Shown here piece after piece: positions 20,200 to 32,483 of a DNA stretch of 64,000 nt. Each line of letters begins with the position of its first letter. Position 1 is the stretch's first letter. The notes under the pieces are model-generated. The model made no database searches. It was not told the origin of the DNA and saw only the letters and a list, made by a program, of their open reading frames with translations. This stretch comes from Tubiluchus corallicola (taxonomy: Eukaryota; Animalia; Priapulida): NCBI GenBank assembly GCA_030141605.1, contig JAQGDQ010000029.1:124001-188000 (forward strand), given 5' to 3'. The translations under genes were made by a program, and so were the position numbers.

Positions 20200-22200
20200 T
20201 TATTCACATACTCTAATTTAAACAGATGTGTATTTAGCATTAAATGTAATTATATAATCAAACTTATAAAAAAGGCTGGAGCTGAACAGACAAAAAGCAA
20301 GCGTACCTAAAGTTTTTGTTTGCGTGCTAAGCACAACAAGTAGATTTTTATTGTCAGATCTTAAGTTTCCGGATGACGTGTAAACGGTAATCAGTTCTGC
20401 TAGGTAATACGGGGCTTGACCATGTAAACATTTAAATGCCAGCACAGCAATTTTTAAATTGATTATAGATTGTACACGAAGCCAGTGTAGGTGTAATGTT
20501 GAATTTATGTGATCATACTTGCACAAATATGTGATCACTGTTGCTGCACAATTCTGAATTTTTTGTAGTTTATTTATAGAGTTTTTTGAAACATTAAACA
20601 GTAATGCATTACAGTAATCTAGAATCGAAATTCAGAATGAATCAGAGACGCAGTAGAATTCCTGTCTAGGTACTTGCAAATCTGCCTAATTCTTGTTAAC
20701 TGCATAAGCCTTTTAACAAACATGACTGAGGTGAAAATCCATTGACATATTCATCAAAGATAACCCCTAAATTACATATTGGTGTGCAGGTGAAAATTCC
20801 TTATTTTTACTATAACATCAGAGTCTTCGATAATTTTTGTTTATTCATCATTGATTTTTAAATGATGAGCAAACATTCGCTGAACATCATTGATGCACTG
20901 CTCCATACCTTGAATAGCAAATGACGTTGAGGATCATCAGCAAAACCGCCAATCTGCAGTTTTGACATAACAGCACTAGTAGGAAGGGGCACAGCACTAA
21001 TAAGCGCATCTAACAAGCAAGATTTCAAGCTAAACTTCATTATGATGGTTATAACCTGTTCCTATGATGACTTTTGAAAAAATTTTAGCAGTATGTTGCT
21101 ATTCACTTTCAAAAATATCTTGCAGTTATCCCTTCTGTCCTAAGTGTGCCATCAACTTTAGATCTAATAGTGTCAATTTTGTCCATAGAGTATTGAGCAA
21201 ATTCTATCCCCCAGCTTTTTGCACCCTTATTATCAAGGAAAAGAATGTTATTTTCACTGTTAATTAGTTTTGTGATTAGGCAATACAGCTTCGCTGTGTA
21301 ACGCTGTTTAGCTACATCGCACATGCTCACATACACACGGCAGCATCTTCGTCACAAGTCGTCAGCATCTTTATTTTTCAACCCAAAGTCCTCAGCTCTT
21401 CTTTGATGGTTTTTCAACAATTTCTGGTTACCATGGCAATTTTGCTTTAGCCGCAATCATTTTCCGGACTTCTGTTGCATGCGAGTTCAATTAAAGTATT
21501 GTCATAAAATATCGCTAGCTCATTACAGCAGATAATTTTTCAGAATGATTTAAGTAGCTATTTGAACATCTTTTTGAAATCTTTCATATATGTCTTTAAT
21601 TTTCCTAAATATAATCTCTTTTATTTCACCTTCAGGTTTTACAAATTGCACAGAAAGATAATCAAAGATGTGATATCATGGTTGAGGTTCGCTAAAAAGA
21701 ATATTATTCTTATTGCTAATAATGATGAGGTCCAGTGTATGGCCTGAAATATGCACAGGGATCCAGACATTATTCTTAAGTGCACAACTGTCTAACATAT
21801 CAAGGAACTTTTTCATGTCCAAATCGCTAGCATCATCCACATAAATATTGAAATACCCACCTATAAATAATACGTCCAGTATTGTTAGTAGTAATTCCAA
21901 GTCTTCCAAATTTCTCCAAAAACATTGTAACAATTATTGGATAACGTGTCAGCTTCAGTCAGCCACATTTCAGTTATCATACAAATGTCATACTTATTTT
22001 GAACAATATGGTTAACAAAGTCTGCCATTTTGTTAAGTTTTGATCTTAAGTTCACCCATTCAATAATTAAATGAATATTTGGATTGTTTTGCTGATTTAT
22101 TGCTATGAGATTGCGGGGAATATGTATTCCTGAATTAAAATTGTAGGTCCGAACCTACCCCATACAGCTCTTGCTACTCGTCTAGTAGGTATACGCGGAT
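20200..22200 (-). mobile_element. Degenerate L2/CR1-group LINE (endonuclease and C-terminus; RT core largely missing)
   Basis: APE motifs DICMITEMWL, IGGYFNI, GHTLDLII. C-terminal HLHWLRVQSIINLKIAVLAFKCLHGQAPYYL...LRS...AF is characteristic of L2/Crack elements. Confidence 0.8.
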
Positions 22201-22429
22201 TTACGATTTGCAGTTATTTCATGTTAAAATAAACTGTAGAGTCAAATCTCAGACTTGGTTTCATTGGTCCAGTATATACTGCCTTAATCACGAACCGTAA
22301 CATACCATAATGATAAACATGTCTGCACAACACATTGTGTTCCTATTTTAAATTTGAAGGTACTGCCGATTTCTTAGAATTCAAAGACTTTTTAGGACAA
22401 TTAATACGTAATTTCAATCTAGAAGCATT

Positions 22430-23270
22430 TCAAGCAACATCTAGAACTGCCTTGGCTGACAAGTTAAACAGACTGTGTAATGCCGCAAACGAAGTGGGAA
22501 TGATACTTCATCCCTCTAAATCCCAGTTTATGGTTATTAATTCTGAAGAAACATAACCCTTTTGTATCAGTCCTATTGATAGTCGAGTGTACAAGGAGTT
22601 GTATCTGTTTGGGATCCATAATAACGAACTCTTCTATAGCTCACCAACCTGAACTCACATGCAAGCAATACAATCACATATTCGTAAGTTCTCATCATTT
22701 TTAGTCAAAATAATAGATGCGCCTTATGTTGTAAAAAGAAGTGTCTGGCAAAGTGCTATGAAAAGTGCTACTATCGATCTATGCAAAGCCTGGTGGACAA
22801 GAAACCAATCATATGTTTCTCAGCCTACTTTACAGACTTTAAAAGAAATGCTTGGCATGCGTCAACAGACTTGTACTGACATAGTTCATATTGAGAGTGG
22901 TATTGCTTCGTGCAAAGCTGAGATTCAGGCACGGTAACGGAATTTCATAAATACGTACAGAACATGATTTTTATATATGAAGCCCGTTACAGAAAGCATT
23001 AGCTCTTGCTGTCCGTAGTAATGCACCCATCTCCGGTTTCTAAATTCAATGCACGTAGATCTTAGGACTGACTTTCTAGAATCATTGTCGTTAACCACTC
23101 ATTGCATTTATCAGATAGGAGCACAACCAGACTGCATCTAGGAGCTCGTCATCTGCGAATCAAAACAGGATGCTGAGCAAGAATTCCCTGCAACCAACGT
23201 CTACGCATTTCTGGTCTTGTGCAAAACGAAGAACACATCGTGTGCCACTGTAGTTAGACTAGTGATCTAA
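22430..23270 (+). mobile_element. Degenerate non-LTR retrotransposon RT C-terminal fragment
   Basis: ATSRTALADKLNRLCNAANEVGMILHPSKSQFMVIN...; LKEMLGMRQQTCTDIVHIESG; many stops. Confidence 0.55.
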
Positions 23271-23619
23271 GAAATTAAGATGAAGCGGAGCATATGAGAT
23301 GCTTTTTGTGGACTCGACTCCCTCAAAATGCTCGCTACTATATCAATAATTATCTTTATTAAAGCATTAAACAGACAGTAACGTATGTCACGTTTTCCAG
23401 CTACAATTAACATATTAGCACATTTACACGTTTTTAGTATGACATGCAAATTTTTGTAGTTTTGTGTGTGATTTGTTTTTTTATTTTTATTTTATTTTTA
23501 TTCTATGGTAATGTTAAACGATTTGTTTTTTTTCTGGACATAAGATAAATGTTGTTGTTTTGCTAGCAAAATGTCTCACTCTTGCAGCAATGTAAAAAGA
23601 TAATCTTTATCAATAAATG

Positions 23620-24290
23620 ACTACTACTGGGTTATAAGTAGAAATTGCCAAATTGGAAACATCAGTTTCCAGTTGTAATTCTTCAGAAAGAGCTGGTATA
23701 ACAAAAACAGTTTCCATTCTTTCACGTCAGAACATATGAACAACAGCGCAGCACTCTGGTGAGAGAGAAATTGGTCCTTTATTGGCAATAGATGTATACA
23801 AAGGCTTGATGATGTCTGTATAATCCATATGGAGTGCCATACAGGCAATTCCTAAAAACCTCCTTAAGTCATTAGTAGATCTAGAAGATAACAGTCCTTT
23901 TGCTGTATGTTGAAGAGATGATCCTCTAGAAAATGGAACATGCAGTATTTCTGGCATGTGAGGAGGGCCCATAGCTGCTAGTTGGCAGCAGAATACCTCA
24001 AATTAAAATTCCTTTTGAAGCATCTGTTGGAAATGTGACACAGAAAACAATGTCCTAATGCCACAAAGAATTTTTCCTCGAGCAATTTTACTGCGCATCC
24101 TCATTGTGAAATGGGCCTAAATGATATTAATAAATTTACCAGCATCCAAAAGCTTACTCCACCTATTGAGGCACGGGAACTGAGAGATAAAGCTAAATAT
24201 TTTGCCAGCTTCACAAACATGATGCTAGGGAAAGCATCAGGAGCGTGGTTGTTTTATGTGGATTCAGCTTCTTCGGCATAGCCATGTTAA
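23620..24290 (-). mobile_element. Degenerate Ty3/Gypsy RT-RNase H fragment
   Basis: DAFP-like motif, LRRFLG...IIKPL, and LETDVSNLAIS (ETDAS..AI RNase H motif), across frameshifts. Confidence 0.55.
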
Positions 24291-27200
24291 AGATAACGAT
24301 ATGTATCGATAATTACAGTGACGATAATTATTGATTATCGTATAATCATGCCGACAATAGTGCCGATAATTATCGATTATCGTATAATCATGTCGATTAA
24401 GACACGAGAGATTCGTCTATCCACGTCACTGTACAGTGAGTTTATTGATAATGTAGAAATGAAAAAATATTGTCAATTTAGACATTAAAAAACTCCATAT
24501 ACGAACTTATAATGAAAAAATGTAATGGTTTATTGCATAACCATGTAATTTGATAGCATGCTGAACTGAACATCATAATCTATAATTTATGACTAACTGT
24601 ACATCCAAGATAATAGCAGTTGTAGATACTGTATTAATATTCAAAATGGCACCAAGTTTAGGAGCTTCATAAACTTAAAATTCTGATTATTGCATGGAAA
24701 CTGCAAAAACGAATGCTTTGAGCAAAAAAACTGCAACTACATGCACTAAACAGAATATTTGAAGGGATGTTTACAAACATCAGTTTTGTGACTGCAGCCG
24801 ATATACAAAAACTCAAATGGCCAAGACAGCTCACTAATCTATTATTATTGATAATATCAACTTAAAAAATAAATTCCTTGATCAAACGAACTTACAAATT
24901 GCAGAGCGATAGTGAAAGTTAGGTAATGTCATACGAATAACTGTGTATTTTCAAGTATGTATGGTCACCACTGTGGCAAAAAGTGATCTCTGTGGCCAGG
25001 TGGCTGACAATGAGAGTCTGAGAGAGCATGTCCATGGACATCCAACAATGTGCCAGGTGAAATGAGATATGGTGAGTCCCTGGTTTATTACTCAAAAATG
25101 ACACTAGGTTCTTCAAAGCTGTCATCATCATATGTTACTCTGTTTTCTTTGCTACAGTTGTTTACTGCATATTTACAGTAGTGGCACGGGGTGTTGGCTG
25201 CACATTTTTAGACCTCTGGTCTTAAGAAACACATTTTTTTTATCAATGATACTAACTGAGTGCCTAACTATAAGTCACACCTAAATCTGTTGACCCCTGA
25301 CCCCGAGGTTACAGTTAAATTGTAAGTTCCACTTTTACTGTCAACTAATGACCCTGCTAGAGGACAAAACCTGAAATTGCTTGGCAATGACACAAATTTT
25401 TATATGTCGAGCGACAGTGGTTTATTTGTTGGGCTGCTGTATGCGTAGGGCTGCTGAATTTTAAATAGCTAAAATCTATTGTCTACATTTGCTACAAAAG
25501 TTATGATGTAAGTCCATTTTTCACATTTAAGGAAGTCTGTGTACCACAACTCAGATCTCTAGAATAGTACTGGAGGCCTGTGAGGCCTCTAGAATACCCT
25601 TAAACACAGGAAAATGTGTTGGAGGCTGGGGCTCTGCCCCGAACACCGCTTATGGAGCTTACAGCACTCCTCGGACTCCTTGCATTGTTCTACGACCCAC
25701 TGCACGCCACTGGTAAAAACATTAGATCATCCTGGGTAGCTGGGGTCCCTGATAGTGAGTAAAAACTGCAAGCCTGTTTCTCACAAAAAAGCGTGTTGCA
25801 AATACTTTTCCAAAGAAAACAATTTTTGCACTAACTCTTTTCGGTAAAGGTTAGATGTAATTTCTAGCCATTTGTTATATTATTGTGTAACGGTTACATG
25901 TTTTTCCTAGTCATTAATTACATAAATCATTGTGTGAAAGTTAGTTGAAATCCCTAACTATTTGTTGTGGAGTGTTCTGTATACTTACAATTAAAGTATT
26001 TAGCCATTTGTATGAAGTAAATGTAAATTAGATGATAAATAGTCTAAAGTCAGGTGAATCACTGTGTCAGCGGTCATTAACTTCATAATTACTTCATTTA
26101 TGTAATTTGATTATATAAGCTAGCCTGTCAGACTGTGAAAAGGGCATGCAACAGGTTTTTCCTCATACTGTGATTGTATAATGATTTGATATATGTAAAT
26201 GCACGAAAGATGTTATTTTGATTTCTGAAACTGTATCGAAATGTTGCAACGTCTAACACTTTCTTGTATATACTATATCATTAACTAGTTTTCATCATGA
26301 TGTTTTAATTCGTTGTTAATTCGTTGCTTTTATTTTCAGAGCGAGGAAATGAAATGCACATCTACAGAAACGTTTAACTCTAAATGTATTCTTTCTTAAC
26401 GGCTATTTAGCTTTCGAGTACTTCCGGTTAAAAAAACAAATTCAGTCGGATTCATCTAACTTTATAAAACAGAAGAACAAAAACAATAAAGTACTCGTCA
26501 TAGAGCTAGACGTACTCGTGTAAAAAGAACTGAACAGTTACAGTGTGAAATCAACTTCCTTGCTGCATGGGTTTTCCAGAAAATAATCAAAAATTTTCTG
26601 AAATCTTCTGATTTGCATGGTCACATTTCGAACATAGTATGCATTTTTTATCTTCAAGCAAACACTGACATTTATAGGCAAGTTCTGGCTTTATAACGGC
26701 TCATTGTGCCAATGCTGGCATAAAGTCAAACAATAACCGGGCCAATAATGGTATGCCACTTCCCAGTCGTAATATAGTTAACATTAATGGTCCGGTACTG
26801 GCGCGGTTGAGGCATCGCTTGGGTGACTTAGATGCGGGGCGAGTACAAGCAAACCTTAACAGTGCCAGTGATGGCATGCCACTTCCTAGCCATAATATAG
26901 ATAGCATTGCTGCCCAGTACTGGCTTGGTTGTGACAGTGCCTGCATGACTGCCTGTATGGGATAAGAAGGGCGAGCAATGAAAGTTCACGAGGCAAACCA
27001 CAATTAGGCCAGTGCTGGCTAACAAGAACCGCGCCATTAATGGATTTGTTTTGACTTCTTACGCTGTCAGTATTGTACCAGAATTTGAAATCGCATTACT
27101 GTGCCCCAATTAATTAATGTTTCATTCAAGCAACCTAATTAAGCCAGCATTAAATCCTTATGAAGCCAGTATAGATTTGTTTTCAATTCTAACTTTAATA

Positions 27201-28407
27201 GTTGTTACCATGCGAAATTTGTAAAATGAAAGAATGTGGCACACAAATTGCGTAAGCTTGTAGTTCTGCAGTCAAGCACTTCTGTTCTTGTGTACTAAAT
27301 GTGATGTGTACTTATGTGATGCAAAGGAGACAAGTCATCTACCTTGTGGCATAACCAAAAATTATATCTCGATTCCAACCTACACCTGTAAGCCAGATGC
27401 TTGTTCTGACAGTGAGCTAAAAGTACTCATAGTGGTCGCATTGTATTGAGGTGTTGTTTTCTACCTTGGACTGTTCATGGTCCACTGTGTTTGTTTGTCT
27501 TCAGTTCCATGTCCGAAACTGGAGTGGAAGTGTGAATTCCGTGCATTTGTGCAATCTGTTCCATTTCGTTTGTTCATGCACTTATTCCAGCTCGACTGCT
27601 TATTTCACGTGCACTAATCCCGATGTTTACCGAAACTTATGCAATTTTGTTGTTCGGCTTTTCCGTGGCTGAACGTGAGCTCAGCGCAGAGACTAAAAAG
27701 CAAATGGTAATTTATTCTGAATTGTTTTCTGTTCAAGCTGATAATTTTCCTATAATTTCTGAAACGGCTAATAAGTTTTGTAAAAATATTCTACTGTATC
27801 TACTCATAATAAACCTGTTAAACAGTTCCTTGCTATGTTACAAACTATTCTTGCAGTTGTGTCATCATTAACAGTTTGATATTCGATTTTATTTATTTCT
27901 TTTTATTCATGATAAAAAATAACTGATTGATTGGGCCTGGAGACCCTAAAGCGTCACAATCGTCAGCACTGAAGATACGCCGCATTATCGTAAAAAGCAC
28001 TTCGCAAATTGTCATTTAAACAAAACTTTTTGCCTTATTTGCCTTATTTTAGCCAATATTTTTGGCATCTGGGAGAAAAGAAAGGAAAAATTAGATAAAT
28101 ACTAGTAAATCTCAAAGAAATGCTACAGCAACAAAATAATTAATTTTGACAAAACTGAAATTTAACCCGAAAATGTAATTATCGGCATTGAACCAAAACG
28201 AAAATTTCGTTCCGGTAACATTCCAGCTAAGTAGGCAGACACTGGTTAATTCTTTTGTACTAAAAATAAGGTTCTCACCAGTTTGATGTCTAATTAATGG
28301 TTACGTTGAACTTTAGTGTCATCTTCCCAAATCCATTCAGACATGTAAAAGAGTGTTGCATTAGTCGTCTAATCATTTAATATCATGTTCATGGTTGTAC
28401 AACTTAC

Positions 28408-28510
28408 CATAGTCGTCAAAACCGAACCTTCCAGTATCCCCAGTATGTACCACCTGGATAAGGCAAAATATTGCAATGCTAATGATGAAGTTCCAAGTAA
28501 GTTTCTTCAT
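28408..28510 (-). CDS. Signal-peptide first exon, probably of the WSC gene
   Basis: accATG start; MKKLTWNFIISIAIFCLIQVVHTGDTGRFGFDDY; phase-1 G|GTAAGT donor that joins in frame to the WSC exon (DYDDIDPKY...). Confidence 0.7.
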
Positions 28511-29003
28511 GGTTGCTTGTTGCACGTTCTCAACTAAAATATTAAATTTTACGTATTAATAAAAATACTCTCATTATTATATAATGATTACACTTTAGCC
28601 ACTCATCAATTTCTTCTACTTGTAATTCAAAGTGTTATTGAATTATTACAAGAATTGGCATTCTTACGGCCAATAATTTTAGGCGGATATTGCGTAAGCG
28701 AAAAACAAAAAAAATAATTAGATGAGCTAAAAAGGCCAATTAATAACAGTAGTTAAAATTAATATGGTAAAAATAGAGAAATATTTTTACAACATAGCAA
28801 TGTTTATTTGTACCTTACAGGAAATATCATACGATTTTTATTATTGTTGTAGTGCTTTTGTTTGTGTGTCATGCATAACTCGCATGCATGTACTGTATTG
28901 TGAGTAGCGGTGTTTGGGCAAGACAAAGCTTATTACGCGCCCAACAGAAAATGATAACAAATAAAATGACTCTCTTTATTCGCACATAATATAACACATA
29001 AAT

Positions 29004-29140
29004 CAGTGTTGTTCCAATCATGAAAAAACCGATCCGACCCAAAACTGATTATTGATTTTTGCCAAACCCGGACCAATACCGTATTTTTCGCGAATATTTG
29101 CAATCGATCGCTCGGAAACAGATCTATTGGAACAACACTG
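29004..29140. mobile_element. 137-bp MITE with perfect 15-bp TIRs (hAT-like CAG start)
   Basis: CAGTGTTGTTCCAAT ... ATTGGAACAACACTG; TSD not preserved. Confidence 0.7.
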
Positions 29141-29747
29141 CTTTGAATTCAGAGACTTGACACTAATTACACTCACATGCACTTCATAAGTATATTAAAC
29201 TGGACTGTTGAATATAAAATATAAATATACCTACAATTTAACCTGAACGGTAAGAAATCCACATGTCTGTACAGTTCGCCACAGAGTTTTTGCCGCACAA
29301 GTGACAAAAATTTACAGATACTAAAATTCAAAAGGATTTAAAGAAGTAAACAACCAGAAAATAACGTGATTGTAAATACCTTTGGCGAGCAGCAAAAAGC
29401 GAGAAACCCTAGTTATAGATATGAGAAGGTGCGTAAGTTGCTATATTTACACTACCAACCTCGGTCACAGTTACACGTATACACTACAGAATATGACTAG
29501 AAATTTTACGAGACACAGTGATGGTGTTAGAAGAAAGTGGCATGGTTCAAAAACAGAACGATTCATAGAGAAAAATTAAAGAAGAATTTCAACGAAATGC
29601 AGCCACAAACGTGCTCGTACTGATATCTCACTTATCTTCGTTTATGATCTTTGTTGAAATGCAGATAATAGTAAATTGCTGTATAATTTCACTTATTAAA
29701 GTAGATTAATAGTTAGCAGATTTCCACTTCTATGTATTAATTTCGTT

Positions 29748-29750
<3 letters not shown>

Positions 29751-29791
<41 letters not shown>
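29751..29791 (+). repeat. (TA)n microsatellite
   Basis: About 20 TA units. Confidence 0.95.
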
Positions 29792-29796
<5 letters not shown>

Positions 29797-31780
29797 TGTT
29801 ATATAAGTCTGATCAAGGGGTTTATTTTTTTAATCCGACCCACCAGAGGGAATGAGTGGCGAAATGCCTTCCAAATGCCCTTTTCGCCACTTTTTGTGCA
29901 AAACTTGTGCCGCTGATTTCTAGAGACTGGGAATGGGGGAGCCGGGGGGGGGGAGGGGCTGGATATGGATAGATAGCCCCTTAAAATGATGGAGTAACAA
30001 GTTAATTGCGCACCTGTGGTCAGCCAAACTTCGCGAGGAACAACATACCAAGCACGACAATAAACATCTGAATACCAACATATGGTTAGCAACAAATCGC
30101 CTTCGAAAAAAACAATTGATGTCGAAACAATTGCCCAAAAAGAGAATATAGCTTCGCGTTGTGGATAAAGGTAAATTGGGTAAATAAACGTTGGTAAGAA
30201 AACCTTGAACGAAAATCTTACAACTGCTTCTCTGTATAAAATAGGATCAGCAAATTTACCTTAGGCCATGTGAATATGAATTCCATTCCATTTTATTATA
30301 TAATGTTCCTCTAGTTTGTAGTTTGTTGTACCTTGGAGGAATTTGAAAACATGAAAACTTTTCTTATCGCAAATTTTATTCTTTTTTAATCGTATTCTTT
30401 TTTCTATTACAATGCAGAAGCAATAAAAACTGCCTTATTATCACAAGTGCCATTCCATTATCTCACCTTTCCGGTGAACCTGTTACGTTACTTTGGAATT
30501 ACTACTATATAATAAATAACAAAGTTCAGCAATACTCATAAAACTGGCACAGGTGCTTCATTTCAACGAAATTAATATCAGATTTATTTGATATCTTCAC
30601 CCACAGCTGGAGACACTGATGAGCTGTTGCCAGCTGTGCAGAAAACTACGATTTATTGATAGCAGTGGTTTACTGATTATCTTACCATTCTCGACAATGC
30701 AATAACAAATATATCTATACAATTAACATTAGATTATTTCGATTTCGTTCCATGGAATGACAGATTAGACATCTGTGCACATTGACACATTGAATGCATA
30801 TAGTACAGTTCATTTAAAAAATGCGTACATGGGCAGCTGGTGATCCTTCTCACCTTTTCTGAGGTTGTATAAAATAGCAATTTTTAATCCCGATGTTACA
30901 AATCAACAATTAATTAAATTATGATACTAAACTTGAAAGATAAATGTCAAAAAAATTGTACGGAAGATCAGATTGCACAGGCTTTGCAGACTTAGACCTC
31001 ATTTCAAATGCATTTGCACCAATTCAAGCGATACCACGCTTTTGCAAACCATTGTTTTCCGCACATACTCTGAAAAAGTATGTTTTCACTCTGAACAGTT
31101 TGAATTCCCCCCCTCTATGAAAAGACTTAGAGTGACATCAATGAGATGGAGATTTCACAAGACTGCTTTGAGCTGAAATACTTTTGAGGTCGTGATAAGA
31201 GAAGAATATTTACTTTTTGTTGATAATTTTTACTTATCTTCAATGTTTCGGTAAATTTCGTTCGGTTTTGCGATTTCTGATTCAGGACATTTTTTAAATT
31301 TATAGCAACGAATTGCATACACAAATTAACATGTGATATACGTATATTTTGCTGCCATCTATGGTGCCCACAATTCATAATTTATGATCAACAGAAAAAA
31401 TAACAAAAATAAAATTAAACACCCAACAAACATTTGCAGCTAACACTTGCACATTGGAATAAAATGCAATTCAGGTTGACAGGATTAAACCACAACTTAT
31501 GTAATCATAACTGATTTAAAAACTTAATAACATAAAACATAGAGAAATTTGCAGCATATCATAGCCGAGAACACAGTGCCCTCGAGTCCACAGGAACAGG
31601 CTGCATGCTTGAAACATTGGACCCGGAACACAGAAAAACCAACGTCAAGTTTGATCAGGGCCTATTTCGGCCTAAGCGAGGCTCGGGGAAGTGAGGCGTG
31701 TTAGGCCCCCTCGGGGAGCGGGGGGGTCGAAGCGCAGAAAATTTTTGAACTCCTAGAACGCCGTTTGGTTACCATTTCAA

Positions 31781-31859
31781 AATGCAAAACTATACCACAG
31801 GCTGTATGAAAATGCTGTATCAAACTGTTTGTATACAGCCTGTGGTATAGTTTTGCATT
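31781..31859. repeat. Perfect 27-bp inverted repeat with 25-bp spacer
   Basis: AATGCAAAACTATACCACAGGCTGTAT / ATACAGCCTGTGGTATAGTTTTGCATT. Confidence 0.9.
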
Positions 31860-32381
31860 CTAAAACGGTGTTTAATCTATATATGCACAAATTCTCTATA
31901 CATATGCAAATGTAGCTACAGAATTTCGATGTTGTCCTGTAGAGGTACAATGTATAAGTTACACTCACTCAAAATTACATTGCTCAGCCGTACAGCATCA
32001 CGAAGGTATAAATATAAGCGACAAAGTGTTGATATAAGTCGTTTCATCTCTCAGCGAATTAAAGTGAATGTAGCTTATCTATTTAAATTTCAAGAGAAAT
32101 TTGGATGGTTACCCGATGCATTCTTCCCATACACTTCCTAAAACACTTCTTCATCCCACTGTTGCAATGTGATAAGATATTCGCCTAGGTTTTTAGAATT
32201 TTCACATTATATACAGAATGCGCACATTTAGTACTGATTTAACAGAGTCGCAATCGAAACAACTTTAGGATGTGCGGACTAGTAACTGCATTTTCACTTT
32301 TTCTGCACAGACACGCACATACACAGACTTTTCTGCCGTTTTAAACAAATAAGCCAAGACATTCTTTAGTGGTTAAAGTTA

Positions 32382-32483
32382 AGATAAGACAAGACAAGAC
32401 AAGACAAGACCAGACCAGACCAGACCAGACCAGACCAGACCAGGCGAGACGAGACGAGACGAGACGAGACAAGACAAGATAAG
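32382..32483 (+). repeat. Compound pentanucleotide microsatellite
   Basis: Successive AGATA, AGACA, AGACC, AGACG, AGACA, AGATA blocks. Confidence 0.9.

Noticed and set aside
25180-25712. GC-rich MITE-like segment (similar-looking pieces at ~31655-31760 and ~43020-43095)
   Set aside because: Probably repeat remnants, but TIRs and TSDs could not be defined.
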